This document shows positions 13,083-25,499 of a stretch of DNA of 64,000 nt, one piece after another. The position numbers and the translations under genes were made by a program. The notes under the pieces are model-generated. The model was not told the origin of the DNA and searched no databases. It worked only from the letters and a program-made list of their open reading frames with translations. Each line of letters starts with the position of its first letter. The first letter of the stretch is position 1. Source of the DNA: Octopus sinensis (lineage: Eukaryota); the NCBI RefSeq assembly GCF_006345805.1, contig NC_042997.1:166656001-166720000 (forward strand), in the 5' to 3' direction.

Positions 13083-13172
13083 GATTGTCTATCAAGATTA
13101 GGAATTTCATATTGGTCACCTAGGGATTTCAAGAATGACATCATTAATGAGAAGTTATGTATACTAACCAAC
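13083..13172 (+). repeat. Inverted duplicate of the Gypsy integrase segment 12145-12235
   Basis: GTCTATCAAGATTAGGAATTTCATATTGGTCACCTAGGGATTTCAAGAATGACATCATTAATGAGAAGTTATGTATACTA matches the reverse complement of 12145-12235 with few mismatches. Confidence 0.85.
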
Positions 13173-14660
13173 TGGTACTTGTTTTATCAACCCCAAAAGG
13201 ATGAAAGGCAAAGCCAACCACAGTGAAATTTGAACTCAGAATATTAAGACGGCTGAAATGCTGCCTAACACCCTAATGATTCTGCCAGCTGGCTGCTTCT
13301 AATTTTTAGGTACAAGGCCAACAGTTTTGAGAGATGGGGGTTAATCCATACCACTGACTCTAATACTTTATTTTATTTACCCTCAAGGGATGAAAAGCTA
13401 AGTTACTTTGGTGGGTTTTGAACTAAAAAATAGTGTAAAAGCTAGAAGAAGCAACACAAGGCATTTTGTCTGGCTCTTTCATGAGCAGATTACTTACAAG
13501 GTCAAATTTTGTACTGAAAATCAATTGATTGGATTTCAAAATATTACTTATTTTATTGACAGTCCAACTCAGATTGATTTAAAAAAGAAAAAAATGAAAT
13601 TGGCACAATGATCTCTAATGTCATCAAGCTCTTCACTATAAATAACATTTAGGCATTAAGCCAGATATTCTAAGTGGAGCAGTAAGTCAATTAAATCGAC
13701 CTCCCCTCCACCATTCAGTATTTGATTGATACTTTATATTCATAAACCTCAAAAGGAGGAAAGGCAAAGTTGACTTCAGTGCAATTTGAACTCACAATGT
13801 AAAGCACTAGAACAAATACTTCAAAGCCTTTTTCTCAAGCTCTAATGATTCTGCCAATCTATCACACTTAAAATAATGGTTTCTGATTTAAGCACAAGGC
13901 CAGCAATTTTGAGGGGAGGGAGTCAGTATGTAACATCAACCCTCCAATACTTGACAGGTACTATATTTTATTGACACCTTCCCTCCATTAATAATAATGG
14001 TTGCAAGTTTTGGCACAGGGCCAGCAATTTTAGGGGAGGGATAAGCTGGTAACATTGACACCCCCAAATGGATGAAAAGCAAAGATGATCCTGGCAGAAT
14101 GTGAACTCAGAACACAAAGACAGACAAAATGTTGCTAAGCCTTTTGTCCAGGTGCTAACAATTCTGCCAGATCACCTTATTATAATTATCATCATCATCA
14201 TTATTATTATTATCATTATTTCATGTTCTGAGTTCAAATTCTGCTGAGGTCGACTCTGCCTTTCATCCTTTCGGGATCGATAAGTAAAGTACCAGTGAAA
14301 CACTGGGGTCGATGTAATTGACTAGGCTCCTCCCGCCAAATTTCAGACCTTGTGTTTTTAGTAGAAAGGATTATTATTTCACGTTCTGAGTTCAAATTCT
14401 GCTGAGGTCGACTCTGCCTTTAATCCTTTTGGGGTCGATGAAACAAGAACCAGTTGAGTACTGGGGTCTATGTAATTGACTATCCACCTGTCCCAAATTT
14501 CAGGCCTTGTGTCTATAGTAGAAAGGATTATAATTATTAATAATAATGGTTTCTATTTAGGTACAAGGCCAGCAATTGTGAGGGGTAGGGAATTAGTTGA
14601 TAGCATCAACCCTAGTACTTGTATGGTACTTTTTATCGACCCTAGGTATGAAAGGCAAGC
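13170..14660. repeat. Cluster of >=7 SINE family A fragments in both orientations
   Basis: Minus-strand copies 13170-14190 and 14550-14660; plus-strand tandem copies 14222-14530. Confidence 0.8.
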
Positions 14661-15447
14661 CATTACTCTTCTAGGTAAAGGTAAGCAGGCCAAAACTTCT
14701 CGTATCTTCTCCTACAGAGCTGAACTGTCATAAGATCTGTGCAAGGGGTAATTATAAATACGTGGTTATAGCAAAGGAAAACAAAACCTACTAGTTTCTG
14801 AGTTACTCAGTCATGTAGTTGTACCTAATTGACTATATAATTATCCAGTATTTGAAATTTGACAAAGTAGCTGGCATTTGTTAATCAGGCGAGTCCTTTC
14901 TTCAATGTAACCTCAAACCCGGAATAGTCCTTTAGAGAAGGAAAACAAATAAAACCTAAGGAAATGAAATAAAGTCTTTACAAAATTCGAAGGACTCTAT
15001 TGGAAACGTTGACAAGGTGTTACCCGCTTTACACACACACGTACACACAGACATATACACACACTCACACTACTGTTAGCACCGTGGTTACATCAACACA
15101 TGTCGTGAATCAGATATTGAAGATTAAAATAATGGCTAGTGTCCCGATAACAGTTATGTACATATTAATTAAAAACGTTACACATTCAAGCCATGTGAAT
15201 ACAAATACTTTATCAGGATAAATATATTTATAGTAATATCGATACTATCTGAACACAACTGCATCAATCTCCACCCACAAAATATCCTTCTCGCATATAT
15301 AAACACATGCACACACACAACCTAAATCACACATACACATACCAACATGCACTAATCAAAACACACCCACATTCAGTTAGATAAACGTATGTCAACATAA
15401 TCAAATGAACACTCAATACAACATATTAACACCTACCTACGAATATG

Positions 15448-15518
<71 letters not shown>

Positions 15519-15707
15519 TGTGTCAAACATGATAGGGGAGTTTTCTTTATAAGCATTGCAGTACTATATTGATTTTTTTTTTAAATCATAGATTAAGAGT
15601 ATAAGCAATATTATTGACTCAAAATATTACTCTTATTTATCCATGTAGATATATAAACATCAAACCCTTTGTTTCATATGTATGTATGTATATCGCATTA
15701 TATTTAC

Positions 15708-16295
15708 CTCTTTGTCGCAAACTCTTTCTTCGTTTTCACATAAAGTAGAAGTGTCCGAATAAGTTACATCGATGGCAGAATGTGATTCAGTCTTTACTTC
15801 TGTTTGTACATCTTCATCTCCCTGACCGATAGCTGCTATTTTGTCTCCAACAGGCAGATCTTTCGGTCTTACATCATTCTTCTCATTAGGTACTTTGCCT
15901 TGGTGTCCTAAACCTTCGGTGGACGTTTCTTCCGGTAAATCGGGTGTTATCACCGGAGCCTCTACAACACTCCCTCCAGTTTCACTTTGTTTCTCATCAT
16001 AACCTTCGTCCCCACTTACACCTTCCTGACCATCATCACCAGCTTCGTCATTAATATTTTCAAGGCTCTCGTTTTTTTTACCAGACAGGTTGCCAATTAT
16101 ACCACTGCCAAGGCGAGATCTCGGCGTGTCTAATGGGTCATAATTGAGGTTTTCAAACGAATCACTGGCTACCAACATCGATTCGTGCAAAGAAGCTGTG
16201 CCGGGTGCATCTGTTTCAAAGATGGACGGTGTGGTAACCACCGAAGTATCCGATTCTTTATGGGGCGTTTGAACCCCATCATCAACATCAGCCAT
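15708..16295 (-). CDS. First coding exon (196 codons) of an acidic, intrinsically disordered protein; downstream exon(s) not found in window
   Basis: ORF MADVDDGVQTPHKESD...ERVCDKE has a strong start context (AAAATGG), non-repetitive D/E/S/T/G-rich composition and CpG-rich sequence. Phase-0 donor GAG|GTAAAT at 15708/15707, after which the ORF runs into (TACA)-like sequence. Confidence 0.8.
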
Positions 16296-16360
16296 TTTGG
16301 TTCCCAGGACCTATTATTACCTTCAGTCATTAAGAGCTAGCTCATCCAGAGTGATTTCCC

Positions 16361-16366
16361 TTTATA
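16361..16366 (-). promoter_or_regulatory. Putative TATA box of the acidic-exon gene
   Basis: AAATATAAAGGG on the minus strand, 66-71 nt upstream of the ATG at 16295, implying a TSS near 16335 and a ~40-nt 5' UTR. Confidence 0.45.
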
Positions 16367-16659
16367 TTTCTTTATTCCGTCACACACTTTCGAGATGGTC
16401 TGTCTTCATGCTTAATTGCGTGAGACTTATTATTTAGAACTAAGAACTTATGTTTTAAGAGAAGGACGAGAAATATTGTAACTTTCAGACCGCATCTGAG
16501 GAAATTAATGGCATAAGAGACGAGAAACTGTTTCAACTAAAACTCGAAATGTTTTATTCTTAGTTAACTTGACTCCTTCCATGTTGTGAGGATCAAAACG
16601 ATTCCCACAAAGGTTTGAAAACTTATGTCTATGGGATTTTTACATATATACAATTATAC

Positions 16660-17087
16660 ATAGGTACTCAAGAAAAAGGGTGAACCCGCGCTAATCATTA
16701 AGCAAAGTGAAAATAAAATAAATTTTGAAATTGAAATAAAATGTTATTCAAAAGTAAACCATTCGGAAAGATGTTTGAGAATGTTCTGAAAACATTCATT
16801 CAGTTTTGTGTGTGGAGTATCGAAAAATCTTTCCTTCCTTATATTTTATCTGGTTCATTTCCTTATTACAAAATGAGCATTTCAGTGTGATATAATTCAA
16901 CACTTTCTTCTCCTTTAGAGATGGATATGCAGCATCAAAAATCTGAATGTATGGCAAAATATCGTAAAATATTTTAAATAACAATGAATCGAATTATATC
17001 GAAATGAATATTTTATTTCAATTTCAAAATTGTTTTTATTTTCACTTTCTTAATGATTAGCGCGGGTCCACTCCATGAATACCTTAT
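16660..17087. mobile_element. MITE-like element with ~70-90-bp terminal inverted repeats
   Basis: 16680-16749 (GTGAACCCGCGCTAATCATTAAG..AAAGTGAAAATAAAA...TTTGAAATTGAAATAAAAT) is the reverse complement of 17006-17071; weaker similarity extends to TA-flanked ends. Confidence 0.75.
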
Positions 17088-17214
17088 AAATATGTACGTA
17101 CATAAATAAATAAATACAAACACCCACCCATCACTAATATAAGAAACACGCACATATACATATGTATCACGTGTGTGGATGGTGGGGAGTTGGGCGTGAG
17201 TGCGTGTATATACT

Positions 17215-17410
17215 GCTACTTGTTTCAGTCATTTGACTGTGGCCATGCTGGAGTACTGCCTTTTAGTCGAAGAAATCGACCCCTGGACTTAATTCTTTGT
17301 AAGCCTGGTGCTTAATTCTATCAGTTGCTTCTACTGAGCCGCTAAGTTACGGGAACGTAAATACAACATCGGTTGTCAAACGATGGGGGAGGAGGACAAA
17401 TACAGGCACA
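17215..17410 (-). mobile_element. SINE family B 3' tail
   Basis: TACTTGTTTCAGTCATTTGACTGTGGCCATGCTGGAG...CATCGGTTGTCAA. Confidence 0.85.
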
Positions 17411-17419
17411 AATGCGCAC

Positions 17420-17944
17420 ACATAAATATATAAATACATATACATACATACATACATACATGCATGCATGCATGCATGCATGCATACATACATACACACA
17501 CACACACATACATACATACATACATACATACGTACATACATACATACATACGTACGTACGTACATGCATGCATGCATACATACATACATACATACATACA
17601 TGCATGTATGCATGCATACATGCATACATACATACACACATACATACATACATACATACATATATACATACATACGTACATACATGTATGCATGCATGCA
17701 TGCATACATGCATACATACATACAACATACATACATACATACATACATACATACATACATACATGTATGCATGCATACATGCATACACACATACACACAT
17801 ACATACATACATACATACATACATACATGTATGCATGCATGCATACATGCATACATACACACATACATACATACATACATGTATGCATGCATGCATACAT
17901 ACATACATACTCACATACATACATACATACATACATACATACAC

Positions 17945-17998
<54 letters not shown>
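17420..17998. repeat. Compound (TACA)n/(TGCA)n/(TA)n microsatellite
   Basis: About 580 bp of tetranucleotide repeats; source of the six H/T/Y/I and M/Y/V/C ORFs. Confidence 0.97.
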
Positions 17999-18001
<3 letters not shown>

Positions 18002-18254
18002 AGATAAATTAAGAAATGGAGTTAAATGCAGGTGCTATTCAAATCTTTATACTTGCAACATATGTTTCAAAGAAAATAAGGTACCATGCAGCAGGACTGC
18101 ACCTTGAACCATGTGGTTGGGAAGCAAGCTTCTTAGCACACAGCCACACCTGCAGCCATACATTGTGGGTAAAGCATAAATCCAAAAAAGAAGCACGCTC
18201 TAAGTTATAGAGCAGTATATAATATAAATAAAGTTAAATAAAGTCAGTTTGGTA

Positions 18255-19960
18255 ATAGTAATAATAATAATGAAATTATTGTATACAGTGCTCAGGTGCA
18301 CCACAACTTTTCAAAAGTGTGTATAAAGCATATGCAGTAATGTACAAATGTCTGGGAAGTGAACAGTGTATGAGTCAGATACATGCTTGCATGTGTATGG
18401 AGGGGAGAAAATCATGTGTAGTGTTGGCAAATCTCAGGAAGCATGGAAGTTTTGAAGGATGCAGTGCTCCGACAACTAACAATTAATGCCAGCAGTTTGT
18501 TCCATACTTCAGCAACGCTTAGTGTGAAAAAATGCTTCCAAAAGTCATGGGAGCTGTGCTGTTTTCTGACTTTGTAAACATGTCCATGGGTGTTATACGG
18601 GTGGAGTTTGAAAAGGTGCTCAGAGTTATTGTTTGTAAGATGGTTGATAATTTTATGGTTGTCTGCCAAGTCAGCTGTCAGACGTCGGAGTTTCAATGTA
18701 TCCATGCCCAGGGAAGTAAGGCGTTCAGAATATGGCAAATGCCTGCTGGAGGGTATTCTCTTGGCTGCATGTCGCTGAACGGCTTCCAGACAATTAATAT
18801 CCAGGGCAAGATAGGGGTTCCAGACTGGTGATGCAAATTCCAGGTGAGGTTGCACCATAGCTATATAAAGCCGCAGATAGATAGCTGGAGTGCGGCTCAC
18901 AAAGGACTTGGTTAGTGATGCCAAGACACCCTCAGCCTTCTTGGCAATTTTAGCAATGTGTTTTGTCCAATGCAAATCGCTGTCGACAATAATGCCCAGG
19001 TCACGTTCACAAGAAGACTTTTTGAGATTAGTGTTGTGGAGGGAGTAAGTAGACACTGGGTTTTCCCTCCCAAAATGTATAGTGGTACATTTGTCCACAG
19101 CCAACTTGAGTTGCCAGTCTATGATCCACTGCTGCATTGTGTCTAGGTCTGATTGCAATAAAGATCTATAGAGTACAGGATCTGACCTCTTTATTTCAAG
19201 GTACAACTTGGTGTCATCTGCATATTTCAGCACTGTGGCATTCTTTAAGTTGGCATCTGTGTCATAAAAGGGGGCCAAGAACTGATCCCTGTGGCACACC
19301 AGATGTCATTTCATAGGGTGAAGATTGCTGTCCTAGAACTGTGACAACCGCTTTTCGGCCGATAATGAAGGACTTCAACCAGTTATAGAGATCATCTCAC
19401 ACCCATTGCAGAGAGTTTCACCATAAGTCTTTTGTGTGGTACAGAATTAAAAGCCTTAGCAAAGTCCAGGTAAACAACATCCACCCAGGATCTGCGATCA
19501 GTGATTCGGTTAATGTCCTCAAGAGACTCGATGAGTTGATTACAGCAGCTGGAGTTAGGAATAAATCCAAATTGTGACGGCTGGATGAGGCTGTGAAACT
19601 TCCAGAAGTTCTTGAGGTTTATGGTATAGCTCTGGGTTTCACATCTATAAAGCGTTTAGCTTTACACTGTATCATCAGATCCCAAAACCTGCTGGCTTAC
19701 AGCTTCTCTAGCAAGTCTTTTCTGGAGCTAGAGGGCTTACAGAATTTTAGTTTGGGAATGATGTCCTGTAGGTCAGCTTTGAATGGCTCGAGGCCCTTGA
19801 TGCTTGGGTGAGTATTTGCTAGATTTGATTTCATAGGTGTTGCTCTCCAGGAATGTTGTGGCTAAGTTGTGGTAGAAAGCTTTCCATCTCATTCACCATC
19901 ATTTTTCATTTCCATCTCATTCACCATCCATCATTTTTAGCAGCATTTGGGTGTACAGTT
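18255..19960 (-). mobile_element. 5'-truncated CR1/L2-group LINE, RT C-terminal half with (ATT)n tail
   Basis: ORF 18412-19299 contains KYADDTKLY, ERDLGIIVDSDL, VQPHLEFASPVWNPY..DINCLEAVQR and LGMDTLKLRR; the 3' end runs into ATTATTATT near 18260. Confidence 0.92.
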
Positions 19961-20089
19961 AGAGAGGCCTTAAACCAACAAGTTTTGGGATCTGATGATA
20001 TGCCATAAAGATAAACGTTTTATGGACATGAAACTCAGAGTAATCCCATAAACCAGTCTTATCTAACTTTATTTATATCAAATTATATT

Positions 20090-20109
20090 ATATTATATTA
20101 TATTATATA

Positions 20110-20175
<66 letters not shown>

Positions 20176-20255
20176 ATCTATCTATCTGTCTATATATATA
20201 CATACATACATACATACATACATACATACATACATACATACATACATACATACAT
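20090..20255. repeat. (TA)n/(TACA)n microsatellite
   Basis: Directly visible tandem repeats. Confidence 0.95.
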
Positions 20256-21061
20256 AAGGCTACAGATCCAATCCTCACTGGAGCTGTAAAAATCTGTAAA
20301 ACTTTCCAGTCTAGATATGTAACTCTATGCATGAGAGTTTATACATAAAACACAAATCTGCACATACATACATGCATACATACATACATACATACATACA
20401 TATACATCTATCTTTCCATCTATCGATCTATAGATAAATAGAGAGGGATACATGTGTTCATTTATTGGAATTCATGGCATGTTTTTATGTGCCAAATCTA
20501 TTGGGAAATTTTTTTCTTCAAGATGAAATCCTATAGCGAATGCCTTTCATGTTCTTGTGATTAGGAGCATGCTAAAAACTAGTTTTTAAAAAATCTAAGC
20601 TGACTTGTGTGTCCATACTAAATTAATTCCAGGTTGGTAAATCTCAGCACACACCAACAAATGGTTTGTTGTTTTCTATAAAAGAACAAAAGTATAAGCC
20701 TAAATCCAAATGACTAGGGTGGTGTGTGCCACTGAATAGGCAAAATTTTGATGAAAGTCTGAGTCTCATAGTCTGCTAACATCATTTGGTGCATGGCTTC
20801 ATGTATTTTAACACACAGAGTCTATAGGTTGATGCTGAAATGCTTAAAATATATGGTGGGGTCTGTTATAGGCTTGTCATCTGGATAGTCAATCAGCCTG
20901 TAGAGGAAGCTGTCATAACCAATGACTTAGTATAGCAATATCATAATCAACTTTTACTCTTGGTAAAGGAAGTGCCTTAGGGAGAAGTAATTACAGCAAT
21001 ATCAAATTTCTGGACCAGGTCATGAAAGTTATAGAAAGAGTTATTGCTCAATTAATTAGTG

Positions 21062-21621
21062 CAGTGGTTTCCAAACTATGAGTCATAACCCACAGATGGG
21101 TTGCGAACGGAATCTTAGTGGGTTGCAAAAAGTTATAAAATTACGCATTAGCTTTGATTAACTGCTGTCTATCGAGATAGTTCAAGACTTATATTTTCAA
21201 TACCAGACTTGTTGTTTTATCAAGTAGTAGGCTTTTTCACGAACTTAACAAATCAGAGGTTGTCATTTTCTCGTACCCAATCATTTCCACCGAAACATTA
21301 AATGTACTTCTCCCTTTCACATCATCTTATATTTGTGAAGTTGGATTTTCAGCAATGGTTGGGATTAAAAGCAAATATCGAAATAAACTGCAGCTCTCAA
21401 ATTTTTTATGCCTGAAACTATCATGCATTGAACCTGATGTTAATTCTATTATTGAGCGTAGCAAGAAACAGGCTCATCCTTCTCACAGGCCTCACTGAAG
21501 ATGTAATCTGAAATAAATTTGTTAATTTCATTAATGTGTTTACTCAGTAGAGTTAAGTGGGTCGTCATAAACTGGTGTAATAAATAGTGGGTCGCAACGC
21601 TAAAAAGTTTGGGAACCACCG
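21062..21621 (+). mobile_element. hAT-Charlie deletion derivative with TIRs and 8-bp TSD
   Basis: TIRs CAGTGGTTTCCAAACT / AGTTTGGGAACCACCG; TSD AATTAGTG at 21054-21061 and 21622-21629. Internal transposase C-terminus LLPFTSSYICEVGFSAMVGIKSKYRNKL...KQAHPSH. Confidence 0.95.
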
Positions 21622-21645
21622 AATTAGTGTGTTAATGTACTTGGC

Positions 21646-22170
21646 ATACAGCTTGATTTCTTACCAGAAAGAACTACTACTGATGTCATGTTGCTACTGA
21701 GACAACTACAGTTCTGAAGAGTAAGTCACTGTGACTAGTATTCAATGACTTGGAGAAAGTCTTTGATCAAGACCCTTACTCTGTAATCTTGTGGTTGGTG
21801 AAGAAGCTAGAGTTGACAGATGGCTTGTGGCAACCATACAAGCCATGTACAGAGGTGCTGTCAGCAAGGTGAGAGTTTGCAATGAGTACAGCAATGAAAT
21901 TAACTTGCAGGCAGGGATCTACTGTGGCCCAATGCTCCCTTCTATTTATCATAATCCTCAAGGTTATAACAGGGAATTTTGAGACCAGCTGCCAGAAGGA
22001 ACCCCTGTATCCTGATGACATTGTATTAATAGCCGAATCTGCTGTAGGATTAACAGAAAAGTTCCAAGCATGGAAACAAAATCTGGAGTCAAAAGGCCAC
22101 AAAGTTTAACTGAGCAAAATCTTTAGTAACAGTGAGTACACAAACAGGACTCTGCTTCCTTCAGAGAAAT
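21646..22170 (+). mobile_element. RTE-clade LINE RT fragment
   Basis: RTTTDVMLLLRQL..DLEKVFD..VDRWLVATIQAMYRGAVSKVRV..LYPDDIVLIAES..WKQNLESKG, with frameshifts. Confidence 0.9.
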
Positions 22171-22599
22171 GATCTTGCTTCTGTCACTATTCAGCTTTGT
22201 TCACCTTCTTAGTTATATTGCCTTAAGGGTATGCTCAGTCTGGCCTCTTTTTCTGGAACAATTTCATTCATTTTCCTTCATCCTCATATAATGTAGGATA
22301 CTCTTGAATCTCTTACTCAGTCTTCCTCACTCTTCCCTTTTTCACTCTCTGCTTGTCTCTCACTAGCCTTAACACTACTTTTTCTCCTTCCCTTCTATTA
22401 CTTTCTTTCCTGACATCGTCTCTGTTAGTTTCTTCACTAACACCTTCTCATAACTAATTTCCAAGATTTTCTCCTAAAGCTTCTGAATAGGAAGCAACTA
22501 TGTATTTTCTCTTCCAATGAAATATTTAAGTGGTCACACATCAAGGAGACATCAGGTGAATGCATTATTTTCTTTGTGTTTTGTACTTTAGGCTTCTCA

Positions 22600-23250
22600 T
22601 AAATCTTTTACAAATTAACATCATCACAACCACTAAAGGTAGAAGAAAACAAAGGAATTCTCTTTAAACATACTCTTTCATTTATGTTATACTTTTCAAC
22701 AGCTTTCTTTCCTATATTTTCTTAAGTTTTATGAACACAATTCCTATCCAATCTGCCTAAATATATTCTCCTTGCATCTCTTTGATTCTCCAAAAATTCC
22801 TGATCATAAGATTTTTGCAAATCATTCTCTGTTTGTGTTCTTATTTGTTCGACTCCATCATGTGTAACCATATCGAAGAAGCTACCAAGTTTTCTAAGAT
22901 TAGTCAAATGCTCATGATAAGTATGTTTATCATTGTAACCAATTGATCTGATTTATTCATTAATTTATATTTTTAGTGAATCCAAGTTTATCTAATATCT
23001 TGAGGAAGGATATTTGTTACATCCCAATGTTCTATAACTTTATTTAACACAACATACAACACATTTCTTTGATTTTCTTACTTAAGTTCATATGGAAAGT
23101 TCTTAAACACAGAAAGTTCTTAAAAACTCAATCATTTCTGGGTAGCAGACTTCCTGGTTTGCAGGCAATTTCCTTTTTAAGTCTTCCTACAATTTCACTT
23201 GCAAGGTAATTTTTTTCTATAAAATCTGGTTTGCAAATTTTATGGTGTAA
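22600..23250 (-). pseudogene. Decayed coding sequence, most likely the N-terminal region of a DNA transposase (hATm-like)
   Basis: Protein-like segments in shifting frames (HKICKPDFIEKNYLASEIVGRLKKEIAC; VLNKVIEHWDVTNILPQDIR; FFDMVTHDGVEQIR...FLENQRDARRIYLGRLD). The FD....FL..QR..R...G..D pattern is recalled from hATm-type transposases. Confidence 0.4.
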
Positions 23251-24789
23251 AAAAATTTGACCCTATATATTTCTAATTTAACTGTTATCATATTATAATA
23301 ACAGTTAAAAATAAAATTATAAGTTCCTACTAACAGTGTGATTATATCATAGAAGATTCAAAATAAATTTGAAATACAACAACATAAAATTCTTATTTAT
23401 GAGAATTTGGATGATTAGTTTTTAAATTTAACTTTAAAATACTTTAAAAATACATTGTTATATATCAATTGAATTGTATTTTCCTTCCGTACAAAATGCA
23501 ACAAACAGAATGAAAATTAGTTATAAATGAAAGAATTTACAGTTCTGAGAAGTTGGAAAGAAACTGATAAATTTGGCTTCTAGTTGGATGAAAACTTTGG
23601 CTTCCCTTGTAAGTAATCTAAATACTGATCAGAGAATCCTGATATTTGACATGCATAGGTTTCTGGTGATTTGTCTTCACATAAAGAATAAAATAAAACT
23701 AAAATTTGAAAACTTTTTACAGAATGATACTTCTTTACTTGTTGTTGATGTTGTTGTCTTATATCTACAAAATCCAATGCAGAACCCTGTTTTGCTCTTA
23801 CGTCTTAATTTTTTTATAGTTTCCACAGCTGGATGCCCTTTCCGAAGTATTAGAAAAGATAGGAAGAGAGAGGCTAGTGCATCAGGTGGTCTGAGTGGAG
23901 ATGCTATGCTGCTTGTTACCTCAGAGAAGTCAAAACCACTGAAGTTATAGTAGTAGAGGCATCACACTTGTAATTAAATGGATGTAGATTGTTGGTCAGT
24001 GAGTTTTTATCAATTAGTCAAATGGCCTTTTTTAACTTTTGGATGTCTTAGATGTTTTTGTAAAGCAGCACTGTTCTACATGTGTGGGCATCACTCTAAT
24101 AAGGGTTGCACTTGAACTTTGTAGAATGTAGGCAATTGATTAGGGTTAAAATTTTGTATTTCAGATTCTGAAGTAGAACACTAGTCATTAGAATGTAATA
24201 TGTTTTAAGTTAGGACCCTGTGAAAAATCGCCTGAGATGATGGGGTTTAAGATTTGTGTTGATAACTACATAGAAATGTGCTTAGATAGAATTAACATAA
24301 AGCAGGTCTTTAATGTATGAACAGAAGGAAAAGCATGTGACATAACTGTGGAATAGTCAGGGCTTGTTTTATGTATATGAACATGTTTATTGCTACATTA
24401 ATAGAGAGTGTTCATGCAATACAAGAAAAGGAATATTCAGGTGAAATAATGTACATTATAAGTGCAGAAAATCTTTGTCAGAAATTCACCATTTGGGGTA
24501 AGTTTATTCAACGGTACATATTCTTGTTGTGTTACCATGGTGTGTTTTATTCATCTATTGTGTCAGGTTGAATATGTAGCTGTGAAAACAGCTATGTGTC
24601 AAGAATGAACTTTACCGAGGATTGGAATCACTCAACAGTTTTTGCACTCAAATGAGCTGCATTTGTAGGCTCTGTTCACAGAAGGTTCTAGTCATGCTGC
24701 CAGATGATTATCCAGTGAAAAAAGCCACTGATTGAAATGAAATTGGGGTTGTGCACATGCTCAACTTGTAATTACTATGTGACAAAACA

Positions 24790-25090
24790 TGGGGTCAAAT
24801 CCAACTGTTATATAACTAAAGTTTGGGAACTGGGTCAGACTGACTCTCACCAAGCTGTAAAAAAAACTGACAAAAAATATGAGATATGAGAAATTTGTGG
24901 AGATAAAAACTGGGGAATTTTGCTAGAAAGTTCGCATAAACATAACTGAAAGATTTGCTGATATCAAGAGCAATAATGTTTCTTTTGCCAATATTAGACT
25001 GTTGAGAGACCACTGGAGTGTCACATAGGCAAATGGGTCTGTAAGAGCATCTGGCCATAGAAAATCTCCCTTGATGAATTCCCTTTGACC
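24790..25090 (-). mobile_element. Decayed LINE RT fragment (CR1/Jockey group)
   Basis: QGRFSMAR..NIIALDISKSF..LAKFPSF corresponds to the ALDISKAFD motif region. Confidence 0.65.
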
Positions 25091-25499
25091 CATTCAAGCA
25101 TGGAACACTGGATTTTAAAAATACCGGAGTGATGATAATATTTTATTGTATATATAAATGTGTGTGTGCATGCATACCCATATAGATGTGTAGTGAAGAA
25201 GATCAAATCCCCAAAACATGGTTTTGGGTTCAGTTCTACTGTATGGATCTTAAACAAGTGTCTTATGTTATACTCTAGGGATGATGATAGTCTTGTGAGT
25301 GAATATGGTAGATGCAGTCTGAAAGAAGCCCATGGGGTCTTTGTTATATCTAGCTCTATGGAAACTGCATTGGTGGTCACTGAGGAGGAAGCAGGATGCA
25401 AGATTATAAAAGAAGTCAATGTTTTTTACTGTATTCATCATCTCTGAAGTTTTATAAGTGAGGAGCAACTGAGGAATTGCAAGTTTACATAAACTGGTG

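Noticed and set aside
16351-16360. kappaB-like site GGGAAATCAC next to the TATA box
   Set aside because: Imperfect match to GGGRNNYYCC and immediately downstream of TATA; not distinguishable from chance.
17342-18107. Six long ORFs (179-244 aa) of H/T/Y/I and M/Y/V/C
   Set aside because: Translations of a (TACA)/(TGCA) microsatellite; stop-free by construction.
22722-22907. 61-aa ORF as a host terminal exon
   Set aside because: Flanking sequence is also protein-like in other frames with stops and frameshifts, which fits a decayed transposase better.
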